64,000 nucleotides of DNA from contig CDMY01001064.1 in NCBI GenBank assembly GCA_001179505.1, positions 1-64,000 of the forward strand, given 5' to 3'. The notes below the pieces were generated by a model, which was not told the origin of the DNA, searched no databases, and was given only the letters and a program-made list of their open reading frames with translations. This document shows positions 1 to 11,437 of this stretch, piece after piece (the first letter of the stretch is position 1; each line of letters opens with the position of its first letter). A program made the translations under genes and the position numbers. This DNA is from Vitrella brassicaformis CCMP3155 (taxonomy: Eukaryota; Protista; Chromerida).

Positions 1-286
1 GCCGATCAGGCGGAAAACACAAACCAGATTGCTGCGCCCATGTAAGAATAGGTGGGAGAGAGTCGGGGAGAATGGTGAAGAGAGGATCTGCCGGGCGGTC
101 AGTCCCGGATAAAGGATTAAGTCAATGCAACGTAAGGTCTGTGGATTTTGTGGAGAGTCCACGTAGGACATGTAGTATGCGTCAGTCCATCCTGTCTGAC
201 GTCCTGTCCGCCATGGCCTGTCTCATGGAACGGACAAAGACTCAACAGCCGTCCTGTCTCACAGATCAGTGGATCGTCGGTCTATG

Positions 287-307
287 AACCCTAGACCCTA
301 AACCCTG
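287..307. promoter_or_regulatory. Telo-box-like motif cluster (AACCCTA GACCCTA AACCCTG) upstream of the FBPase gene
   Basis: Three degenerate TTTAGGG-type units (reverse strand) about 60 bp before the ATG at 364. Function is inferred from plant telo-boxes. Confidence 0.3.
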
Positions 308-363
308 GACCGACTTGCACTTCTGACAAAATCGCCCTCTCCCTTTCCCGTTGTCCGGCGATC

Positions 364-2137
364 ATGGCTTTGACAGATCCGCCCAACAGGACGTTCAGCG
401 AGACGCTGCTTGGCAAGGACGGGAGCCTCATCCCCGAGCTGGGCGAGTTCATCATCGCACACAAGGATGAGGTCGAGGAGAAGGGCGGATCAGAAAATGA
501 AATGAACAAGTCAGCTCACACACACACAGCAACCACGCTTCGTGTCATGCAGATCTCTGGTAGATCTGCACGAAGAGGAAGGCCAGTCACATCTCATTCT
601 GCCGTGTGTGTCGGTTGGTGTTGTGTGCAGGTTGCTGACTGCCATCAAGTTGGCGGCCAAGGTGGTGAATCGCGAGATCAGCAAGGCGGGGCTGGCGGAC
701 ATCCTGGGTGCGGCTGGCTCGGAGAACGTGCAGGGCGAGGCACAGCAGAAGCTCGACGTATTCGCCAACACAAAGTTCATGCAGGTGTGGTCTGAGGATA
801 TATGAGGGGGGGAATCACACAAGGGCAGACAAGCAGGGCAGGCATGTGGTGCTCGGGTGACTGACTGCGTGTTCTCGGTTGTTAGGCGCTGGCGAATCGC
901 GATGTGGTGTGCGGGATATGTTCGGAGGAGGATGACGAGTTCATCCCCGTCAACCCCAACTGCCACTACGTGCTGCTCATGGACCCACTCGACGGTATAG
1001 CAGCTATAGATGCTGGCTGGGCACATACTCGACAGACAACAGATGTGTGACACGTGGTGTATCGTATCCACGTCGATTGATTCGATTCAGGTTCGTCCAA
1101 CATCGACGTGAATGTGTCTGTGGGGACCATCTTCAGCATCTACAGGAGGATCACGCCCGTCGGGTCGCTGCCAGAACTCAAAGACTTCCTGCAGCCGGGG
1201 AAGAAACAGGTCACGCAGCCGACACACAACGTTCAAACGATACTGACTGGCTGCAAACTCACTTCCCCTCTGTGTGTGTGTGACATTGATCAGATAGCGG
1301 CAGGTTATGTGTTGTACGGGTCGTCGACGATGCTGGTGGTGACGACGGGCAAGGGCGTGCACGGCTTCACTCTCGACCCCTCACTCGGCACATTCTACCT
1401 GTCCCACAGGGACATGAGGTTCCCGGTATGCCGCGGACGGAGGGACGGCTGCGTACATTTCTGCATGAGTGATCGGTGTGTGTGTGCAGGACAAGGCGCG
1501 TGTGTATTCGGTGAATGAGGGCAACTTCAAGGCCTTCCCCGAGGGCATCAAGAAGTTCCTCTCATGGTGCCAGACAGAAGAGGTGAGCTGAGTTGAGTGA
1601 GGACCACAGACAAGACGGAAGGATGGAGCCATCTCTGACATCCCTCCCTCCCTATGCTATGTGTGTGTTGTCATCAGAGCGACAGGCCGTACACGCTGCG
1701 GTACATCGGTTCGATGGTGAGCGACTTCCACCGGAACCTCCTGCAGGGCGGCATCTACCTCTACCCCCCAACCAAGAAAGGTCAGTCAGTCACCTCTCTC
1801 ACCCGGACAGCAGCAAATGTCAGTGAGAGTCCTTGTGCTTTTTTTGTGTGTGCAGACCAGAAGGGCAAGCTGCGGCTGTTGTACGAAGGCAACCCCATGG
1901 CATTCATCGCCGAACAAGCAGGTCAGCCAACAACATGGCAGCATCCTACAGCTATACGATCCGATTTTTTGTGCTTTCGTGCGTGTGTGTGCGTCAGGTG
2001 GCAAAGCGACTGACGGCTTCACCCGTGTGATGGATCTGCAGCCCACGGAGCTGCACGAGCGGACGCCCATCTACGTCGGCAACACAGGCATGGTCGAGTC
2101 ACTGGAGAAGTTCATGGAGCAATACCCCAACCCGTGA
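364..2137 (+). CDS. fbp: Fructose-1,6-bisphosphatase class I, bacterial (E. coli/Bacteroidetes-like) type, spliced
   Basis: Joined exons give [86 protein letters not shown] and [21 protein letters not shown]. First intron is 510-630 (GT-AG). Confidence 0.97.
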
Positions 2138-3700
2138 GCTGAGCTGAGCGGACCCGCCTGCTGTCGTGTCCGAGAGAAGGAGGGAGGGAGGGTCAGGGGG
2201 CAGGGAGGGACGGGGAGGGGTGGCCGAGAGGAGGGAGAAGAATGGATAGGCATCCATCTCGTCTGCACGGTTTTTTCCTTTCTGTTGGCCTTTTCGGCGT
2301 TGCCATCCGTGCAATCATGGTGCCAGTGTTTGGTCGCCTTGCTCTGCTCGATCGGTTGCTGTGTTGATGTCCTGCCTCCCTCCCTTCCTGGCTGGCCCTC
2401 TCTCATCCTTCCTATTTTTCTGCCGTCCACCCGTTCTCTGCTGTAGGTACCCTCGATGCGATTGTTGCCTATTTTTGATCCATCCAATACAGTCAGTGGA
2501 TACGGGCGGCCAACGATCCGGCGACGACTACTCTAGCTCTCAGCCTTGTCCTGTCTTGTCTTGGACCATTCACCCTGTCCGATTGTCTCGGCTTGCGTAT
2601 CTTGCCTGTGCGAGACCGTCCTTCGTTTGTCACAAATACAACAAGCGAAGGTAGGTCTGGCGCTGGACATAGACGTGGCCACAGACGGTAGGAAGGAGGA
2701 TGACATGGGAGACAGACACTCATTCCTCGTATCAAGATGCCTGCCGTGTTTCTACCTTTCCTTACCCGCTTCGTCGGTCATTCTGCACCTGCTGATCTAT
2801 CGCTATGTGGGCCGACTGGCCATGCAGAGCGATGGGTGGGCGGGGGCAGCTCTGATCGACGAAGTAGTGGCGGCGAGGAGGAGGCCATTCAACACGGGCT
2901 GCATCCATCCAGTGTCACAGATGAGCTCAGCTTGCTTGGGGGGGCTCTTTCTCTCTCTGTACTTGTGCACTGGCCTTGTCTACGTGTGTGTGTATGTGTA
3001 TGTGTGTTGGCATTCCAATTTTGCATTGCTGGCTGATGGCTGATGGTTGTGGTTGTGTGGGAGTGGGTGAATCCTTTATCCTCTGTAGAATCACCAAAAC
3101 AGACAGCGAACAAGAGAGGCGCGGACCCTATTCGTTCGACCGGCTTCTGGCTATGATGTGATGATGATTGTACACTAGTCTCATGGATGGATGGATGGAT
3201 GAGGCAGACCGAGAGAGAAGGCACATCTCCCGTTGTTTTGTTCTTCCTTTCCTTCCGTACACAGCACCTGTCCGTTAAACGGCATGCGTGGGTGCAATAT
3301 GTCTGATCGAATGAAGCTGCCTCGGTGTGTCGGCCATATGAATCGATGACGGTCTGCCTGCCTCAAGCTTGTGTGTTTCGTGGTTGATCGTGCGTTTGCT
3401 GCATGGTGCCTGTGGACAAGACGATCGATCGACGGATGTATGCTGGTCTTTTTCACCCATGGATGGATGGATGGATGTGGTGGCTGCATGACACATGAAT
3501 GGTCCTCTGGTGCACTCATTGCGGACGTGTTTGTATGGACCCGATGAAATGCTTTGATGGATCGATCGCATGTCTCCACACCGTCAGTCATATCATCAGA
3601 TGAACCAACCGTTCCTCGCCCCATCCACCCCTCTCGCTGTTTCAATCATTGTCGTCTGTCAGGCTATCTCCGCACGCAGAGGGCACCGACCGCCCCTCAG

Positions 3701-5888
3701 TCAGTTCATCATATCCTTGACCCGCTCCCTCGGCTGGCTGGTGCTGCGCTTGGGCTGGTTCGGTGGTGCTGGCTGGGGCTGGCCTGTCAGCAGGTTGAAG
3801 GGAAAGGGATACTGGTGGGCAGACGGCCGGTGTCCCTCACCGTCACCACCAACATGACCCCCATGTCTCTTGGCCGCCCCCTCCCTCTCGTGCAGCGCCA
3901 GATAGCTACCAGAGAACTCTCCACGAGTGAAGGGGCGGTCCGGGGTGTGGCTGAAATTCGGCTGGAACGACAGATATCCCTGCTGCACACCATCGCCGCC
4001 CTTCAGGTAGGATGGGCAGAAATACTCACTGCCCGAATACCGGCGACGGAGAGACATGCTATGGCTTCCGTCTGAGCTGCGGGGGACCCTCACAACGTGC
4101 TTTTCATATTGGGATGCCGGGATGGGTGGGGGCTGCGGAAGAGAAGAGGGGGAGGGGCGAGGCGGAGAGGACGTGTCGAGCCGCTTCTTGAGGAAGATGT
4201 CGCGTAGCTCACGCACCGAAGGGCTCCTGCTGTCATCGTCCATGCTGCCACCCTCATGCCGATCTGCGTGCAAAGAGAGACATCACATCAGGCCAGCAGC
4301 CAGGGGGAAATGGCCGCGTGAGCGTACAATGTACCTGTGTCCGATGCCTCCTGAGTGCCAGTCCCATCGCTCTCCTGATGCGGCAGGGCCATCACCGGCA
4401 CCACGGACACAGCCTTCCTCTCCCCCTCCACCTTCCCTGCCTGCAAGCCAACCGCCTCCTTGATCCCTTCCTCCTGCTGCTCATCCTCTCCACTACTGCT
4501 ACCCACGGGTATCATCGGATCCACAGAGCCCCTGGGCGTCTCCTCCGTATCCCTGTTGGCCTCACCACCTGATGAGCCGCTGGCATTATCCTCACGCAGC
4601 TGGAAGCTGTTGGGGGGTGCTGCGACCAGCACGATGCCCTCATTGGGTGGGGTAGGGTCGTCCTCCTGTTCGTGGTCTGGGTCCTCGTCGACGGGCGAGA
4701 GGTAGCCGTCCTCCGGCAGCATGGACACCGCCGGTGGGACGACGGGTACGGGCTTCTCGATCTGCAGGTGGGCGAGCAGGAGCTTCTCACACACCGATGC
4801 GAAGGCACGGATCCACGCCTCTGACATAGGAAGAGGACAATGGACACACGCGCCTCGCGGCTGCGTATCTTGTCCTCTTGTGTGTGTACTTCTGTCTTCC
4901 TCGGTCTTGGCCGAGAGCACCAGAATCCGCTTCTTGGTCGACACAGCCTGGTCAGACGACACACACATGCAATGCATGTGCTGTAATGGTAAAAGCAGAT
5001 GCGTGTGCCGCACACGTTGCTTACGAAGCAGTTGTAGCGATGGTAGTCGTTGAAGTCAAGCGGCCTGAATGAATGAACCGTGCGTCGACCAACAAACACA
5101 TAAATCAGAACCTTCCAATGCCTCTTTGACCTTAGGCTGCTCACCAGACACGTGAGTATTCGTTGAGTCCCAGGTCCTCAGACGGGACGACATCGTCCCC
5201 TGCTACCCCGCCCTCCCCCACCCTCTCACGCAACGGCGATGGACTCGGCGAGTTCCAAAGACTGGCCAGAAACGCAAGCGGATTATTCACCGGCGACTGG
5301 CTCCGCCCATGGTGGGAGGCCTGACGCACAGGGGTCCCCACGAGGCCGCCCGTCGGCTGCCGACCCACAGGACTCTCATCGCGGGCACGTCTGCGGCTCT
5401 CGATGAGTTTGCGGGCGTCGTTGTGGCCCCGCGAGAACCGCTGATGGGATTGCTCTGGGCGGGACGAGAGGGCCTCACGCACTGCAAATTCAGGCGGCGG
5501 CTGATGGTAAGACTTGATGGTGTCGTGGTTGAGCACCATGAACCGCTCATTCCTGTACACATGTACAAACAAATCAGCATGCTCACCGTGCCGATCGAGC
5601 CCTGTGGGTCGTATCTGAGGCTCACCATCGATTGAGAAAGGCGCTCTGCTTCACCAACCAGCCAACCTTGACAAACTGGCCCACGCCTCGAGTCCGAGGG
5701 GGACTGTTGCGTGTTTTCATGTTGGACAGACCGACAGCGGAGGGCGGCATCCATTGGGATGGAGTGCTGAGGGTGTTTCGTCCCTCGACGGGCGTCGCTG
5801 ACCGTCTCAGGTTGCATATGTCGCCTTGCTGCCCCGGAATGGAGGCCTGTGGGACTCCACCCGCCACCCGAGAGCGATTTGAGTACAT
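3701..5888 (-). CDS. PH-domain protein with a long low-complexity C-terminal region, spliced (start and 3' end approximate)
   Basis: Spliced exons read FVKVGWLVKQSAFLNRW|NERFMVLNHDTIKSYH ... EYSRVW|PLDFNDYHRYNCF|AVSTKKRILVLSAKTEEDR|xAWIRAF. This covers PH beta1-beta3 and the beta6-beta7/C-terminal helix with its conserved Trp. Confidence 0.8.
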
Positions 5889-5980
5889 CGGGCTCTTCTG
5901 GCCGCGATGCCTTCAGCGATGCCACGTGTGGCCAAAAATGAGACTGGCCCCGAAACACCGGCAGTGCCCCCATTCGGTGT

Positions 5981-6098
5981 TGCTTGCCATTGCAGATCTC
6001 CCTTTCTGCTGCGGCGTCAGCGAGATGACGACTCCGGTGCGCCTCGATGTAGGCGGGACTGAGCTCAAGATGGCGAAATCGACACTCGCCAGACACCC
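5981..6098 (+). pseudogene. Truncated copy of the 5' end of the BTB gene at 53826
   Basis: TGCTTGCCATTGCAGATCTCCC...ATGACGACTCCGGTGCG...GGCGGGACTGAG...GGCGAAATCGACACTCGC matches 53780-53899. It encodes MTTPVRLDVGGTELKMAKSTLARHP, after which homology is lost. Confidence 0.85.
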
Positions 6099-6323
6099 CG
6101 ACTGCACTGCCCGCACGGGCAATGGGTTTTCCGAGCCAAGCAGATCTGTGCTGTGGGTCCAACCCTCTGCCAACACTCGCTCGCAGACGTACTGAGGATG
6201 GGCACACCGTGAAAGCAGATGTAATCACGAGGCTTTACAGTCAACAGTCAATGACATCCGCACTCATTATCGTTGACACACCGTCCAGACACCACAACAC
6301 CGCATCACAACCAACCAAGACAC

Positions 6324-9031
6324 TCATGACTCGAACTCTTTGTAGAGCATCCCCCAATCCACATCCTCGCCCTTGGGTGCCTTGACACGCGACAATGGAC
6401 CGGCTATCGGCACAGACGGCGCCCCCGATGACCCAGGTTGATCAACACGCCCTCCCTTGCCCTTGTCCATAGTCGCTCCACCCTCTTTGGCTCGCTTGCG
6501 TGGCGGTGGGCTGCTCAGCTGTCGCTTCCTCTTGAGCGCAGCGAGTAGCCGCTGTCGCTTGGACTCGGCGCGAGCGTCGTCTGCGTCGCTGCCGTCATCT
6601 TGGTCTTGGTCGTCTGCATCGAGTGCACCATCAGCATCATCCTCTTGCTGCTCGTCTGGTGCGCCGCCCCTGGTGCCCAGGTCGCTGCTGTCAAAGTCCA
6701 TGGAGCACTTGAGCGCCTTGAACGACTGCTTGACCTGAAGCGAGATGACACACACACACACACAGACACAGAGTGCGAGAAAGAAGAGCACGTTGCTGCC
6801 GCCCTGGCCACCTTACCTTTACTGGCGGTGTCTCCTTGTCTCCCTCGTCTCCTTCTTGGCTCGACTCCGTCACAGCCGACGGCTCAGCAGCCACCACTGC
6901 CACTGTCGAATCGCTTGTGGCTCCCGAGGCAGCTGTTGCAGTTTGGTGTTTGTGTGAGGGGTCGTTGAGCATGGGTGGAGGGACGAAGTAGGGAATCCTG
7001 CCTCGTTGGAAGTCATAGATGACGGTGCGGGCGGCCGTCTGGATGTCGGGATCCCCGCCCTTGAGGAGCCGGCCGCACTTTTTGGCGAGTATGGTGAGGA
7101 AGTCCTCGTCGTCGGTCCACGTCGTGTCGGCCGGGAGATTGTACTTCTTCAATAGGTACTCCCTGACACACACATCACACATCACACATCACACACACAA
7201 ACACAAACACATGAGGGTGGTGCGGGCGCTGCAGTGCAGTGCAGTGCCATCTCATCTTTGGCTTACTTTTTGACCCGTGAGAGGACTTCGTTGACGTACT
7301 CGGCTGGCGCGCTGAGCTTCTCAGCCCTCACGATGCCCTTCAACACCTGCACACACATGCCGGGCGGCCGACACACACAAGATAGTGGAACAATTTGGCC
7401 GTCATTCGTCTGCCGTGCCGTTGCTTGCTTCTAGTTCACCTTGTCTGCCTCGACGGTGAGTGTGTCTTGTGTGCCGTCGGTGCGGTAGGAGTCGCCGGGC
7501 ACCACACCGGGGCAGTCGATGAGGTAAATGCGGTTTGTCAGACTCACATACTGCCATATCTTGGTCTCACCTACACAGACAAACAAATCATACAGATGCA
7601 TTGTGTGTGTGTGTGTGTGTGTGGCCCGTGAGTGTCCATGTGGGCGCGTACCAGGGACCGGTGCGGCTTTGCAGACCTTCTTGCGCTTGAGCGTGTTGAT
7701 GACTGACGACTTGCCCACATTGGGGTAGCCGATGAAGCCCACGGACAGGTGCCTACGGTCGGGATGCAGCCCAGCGAACTGCCTGTGTGACATTAACCAC
7801 ACACAGAGCAACCAAGGCAGGCGTTTAACCGATCCATCCGCCTGTCTGTCTGTGAGTACCTACATACCTGAGTAAGTTGATGAGAGCGTGTTTGCCGAAT
7901 GGGTTGGTGATGGAGGCGTGGAAGGCTAGAGTGGGGTACTCCCTGGCCAGCACCTTGACCCACTTGGCCGTCGCCCACGTGGGGATGAGGTCGCACTTGT
8001 TGAGCAGCAGCACCAGGTGCTTGTGCGACCTCTCCTTGCGCAAGTGATCCTCCAACGAGCGGCACCTAATCCATCCACCCATCCATCGATCTGTGCGTGA
8101 TTAATGGATGTTGGTTTGCCCACTGATTCACTCACCGAGTGCCCTGAGGGTCTCGCGCGTCGAGCACTTGGATGATCACGTCAGACGAATCGACAACCTT
8201 GTACAGCTCCTGCACACACAGCAGATGGATGATGCAGGCGGCTGGCTGGCTGGCTGGCTGTGCGTGTGTCCGCACACTCACCTGCCATATTCTCCTGGAA
8301 GTGCCTTTGTCGAAGACCTTCTCCGACGTCGCTTGGCGCACGCCATCGTCCTCGCGGCTAATAGCGCCGTCACGCTCCTCACTGTAGTCGCTGACCTTGG
8401 ACTCAGCCTGAGCATGCATATCACACACAGCCAGTGACCACACATGGTACAAATGCCTGCTGCCAACCCCACTCACGTGTGCCACGAGACCCTCCAGGTC
8501 ACCCGACACGAGCTTGGGCCTCTTCCGCAGCTGACGGCGGCCAAATGTCTGCTCGAACGGCTCCACCGTGAGCAGCTTGACCTTTCCCACATCCACAGCA
8601 CCATCCCCGTCATTGGCCCCGCCGTCGTTGGTGAGCCACTCGGAGGGCAGACCGATCTTGGGCCGCTTGAGCAGCACACTGTAGGGATCCTTGAGTGACG
8701 TCGTCATGGCCTCACGGAACTGCTCCAGCTTGCTCTGCGTCGTCACTCGCGTGTTGCCGAACCACCGCCGGTCAGGCTGGATGCGCACCGGCTTGGTGGG
8801 CTGCTCGCGGCGCTTGGCGAGGTCAGGCTTGCTGGTGTACATGTTGAGCCGCCTGATGGTGGCCTTGCTGCGGTAGAAGCCCGCCTTCTTGTCATTGGGC
8901 AGCGAGCGGTCGGGGTTTGTGGATGCTGTGCCGGTGTGGAAGGCCTGTTTGGGCTGCGCATTCGTCGACTTGGGCCTCCGCTGCTTGTTGGCGGCCTTGC
9001 CGCTTTTGCCTTTGCTCTTCGACTTCACCAT
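6324..9031 (-). CDS. NOG2: Nucleolar GTP-binding protein 2 (NOG2/GNL2, circularly permuted GTPase), spliced
   Basis: NGP1NT-type N-terminus ([24 protein letters not shown]), [54 protein letters not shown] and [10 protein letters not shown]...[10 protein letters not shown]. Confidence 0.97.
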
Positions 9032-9410
9032 CTTCTTGAATCACCCACTCGATGCGAATGCAGGACAGGGAGAGCCAAGATAGCCACAACGATGGCGAAA
9101 TCTCCAGTCCGTGCGAGCTCAGATCGTCAATTGCGAGCTTCCTGGAGAAAGGGAAAAGGCGAAGAAGACCAGGGTGGAAGCCAGCTCACAGGGAGGACTG
9201 TCAGTTCGGTCGGTTCCATCCTTTTGAAAAGACTGTCTGGGTTTTTGTCGTCTGTTGCGTTGAGTTGACTGACCACACCCTCCCTCCCGCTGCTTGCTTC
9301 ACAAGGCGTCTCTTCTCTTCTGTCCTCTGCGCCGGTGTCATTGCCAGCTCGTGCCCTCTTGGCCACCCGTCGTGACTGACCAGCAAAGAGTGTGTTGGGC
9401 ACTCACCGAG

Positions 9411-11274
9411 ATGGGTTGTTCGTGCGGTAAGCTGCAGCCCCCGGATGAGGACATCCGCGACCGGTACAAGATAGGCAAGGTGCTGGGGAGCGGCGCCTTC
9501 GGGCAGGTGCGGGAGTGCATGCTCAAGGACACCAAGGAGCTGCGGGCTGTCAAGCTCATGGAGAAGAAGGCCGGCGACAAGGGGCCCTGGTCCAACGAGA
9601 GCATGTTCAAGAGGGAGATTGCACTGCTACAGAAGATCGACCACGAGAACATCATCAAGTTCTTCGACTTCTACGAAGATAAGGTGAAGCAGACAGATAG
9701 ACAGACACGCACACACATGGCCGGCCTCCTGCACTCACCCGTTGTTGTTCTCTCTCCGTCAGGTGTTTCTGTATGCCGTGATGGAGAAGTGTGACGGCGG
9801 CGAGTTGTTCGAGCAGGTCATCAAGCGCAAGAAGTTCACGGAGCGGGACGCCAGCGTCCTGTGCCGGCAGATGCTGAGCGCCCTGCACTACATCCACAGC
9901 CTGGGCATCGTCCACCGCGACATCAAGGCAGAGAACTTCCTCTTCCTCGACAGGACAGAGACCTCGCCACTCAAGATGATCGACTTCGGCATGTCCGCCA
10001 GGCTCGAGCAGGGCCAGTACCTCAACGAGGTCTGCGGATCGCCGCACTACCTCGCGCCAGAACTCATACGCAGACAATACAACTTCCAGGCCAGTGTAGT
10101 GGCTTGTGGGTGGGTGGGCGAGTGATGCGAGCCAGTGTGGTTGTGTTGTGTTGTGTGTCACACATCGTACCGTATCTCTTTGTTTGTGTTGTGGGTGTGG
10201 TTGTGGGTGCAGGCGGACATGTGGGCGTTGGGCGTGCTGATCTATCTGATGCTGTACGGGCGGTATCCATTCGACGGCCTGGGCACCCACGCCATCGTCA
10301 AGGAGATCATGAACAAGAAGGTCGACTGGTCCCTCGACACCGTCGCCCACTCCCCCACAGCCGTCGACTTCATGAAGCGGCTGCTCGAGCGGTCGCCCGA
10401 CCGGCGGATGGACGCTGCCACGGCCCTCAAGCACCCGTGGGTCATGACGCTCGAGGAGGTGCCGGCCAGCCCCAAGACGATCCCCATGGAGGTCGTCAGG
10501 AGTGCGCACCGCAAGGTCACCATCAAGAAGACAGAGGTGCCAAAGAGCGTCGAGGACCGAAGAAACAACGCCCTCAAGAAGCTCGAGGCTGATTGGGCCA
10601 AGGGCAGGGTGGGCGGCAAGAAGATCTCCGCCAACGTCTATGGCGCGGCGTCGGGAAAGCTGCTGCCCGAGTACTCGAGGCCCGACAAGCGCCTCTCCAC
10701 CACGCCATCGCGGTTCCAGGGGGAGAACGACCAGATCAAGAAGGAGCTCGACGAGCTGCGGGCGCTGGCACTGGAGCAGATTGCCGAGGGAGACATCAAT
10801 GGGGAGGCGGAGGCGGCATCCGAGCAGCAGCCGCGCGAAAGCGACAACGGGATGAAGCCCGAGGGCACGCCCACCGGCCTGCATGCCGCCTACACACGTC
10901 CAAGCTGGAAGGACAAGGACAACAGGACGCCCAAGTCCCCCAACTTCCTGGGCGCCACTACCCAGGCGGCGTCAGGGGGCACAACCACATCAGGTGGCGG
11001 CTCATCGCCGTCGACATCGGGCGGGCCGCACTCGGGCCGCGCCAGCAGGAGGGCCATGTCGCTGCAGGTGGGTGACAGGACAGGGGGAAGGGAAGGGGAG
11101 GGGCAGACAACACTGACCCACAGGAACACGGATGACGTTCTTGGTGCGTGTCTGTCTGTCTGTGTGCAGGGCACGGAGGCCCAGGTGCCGCAGGATGAGC
11201 TGCGGGCCGCAGCGGAGGAGGCCGAGAAGCGACAAGTGCAGTCCACACTGCTGCCCTCCAGCAACGGGGGATGA
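9411..11274 (+). CDS. CAMK-group Ser/Thr protein kinase without EF-hands, N-terminal MGCSCG acylation motif, spliced
   Basis: GKVLGSGAFGQV, RAVK, HRDIKAEN, DFG, CGSPHYLAPE, DMWALG and ALKHPW, followed by a disordered tail. Confidence 0.95.
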
Positions 11275-11406
11275 GGCAGTGGCTGCTGGGTGGATGAATG
11301 CATGTCTGTGTGGATGAATGTGCACCGTCCGACCGTCCGATGGGTGGATGTAAGTAGGTAGGGCCGTGTGTCTGCTGTGCTGTATGCTCGGACGGACACA
11401 GTGAGT

Positions 11407-11437
<31 letters not shown>

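Noticed and set aside
2546-3645. Several 100-165 aa ORFs between the FBPase and PH genes
   Set aside because: Microsatellite-derived composition with no coherent exon chain. Probably UTR or intergenic.
9655-10884. 409-aa minus-strand ORF, and similar long ORFs such as 12734-13675, 14462-15721 and 27151-28206
   Set aside because: Antisense shadows of real plus-strand genes in GC-rich DNA. They run through intronic microsatellites and carry no domain motifs.
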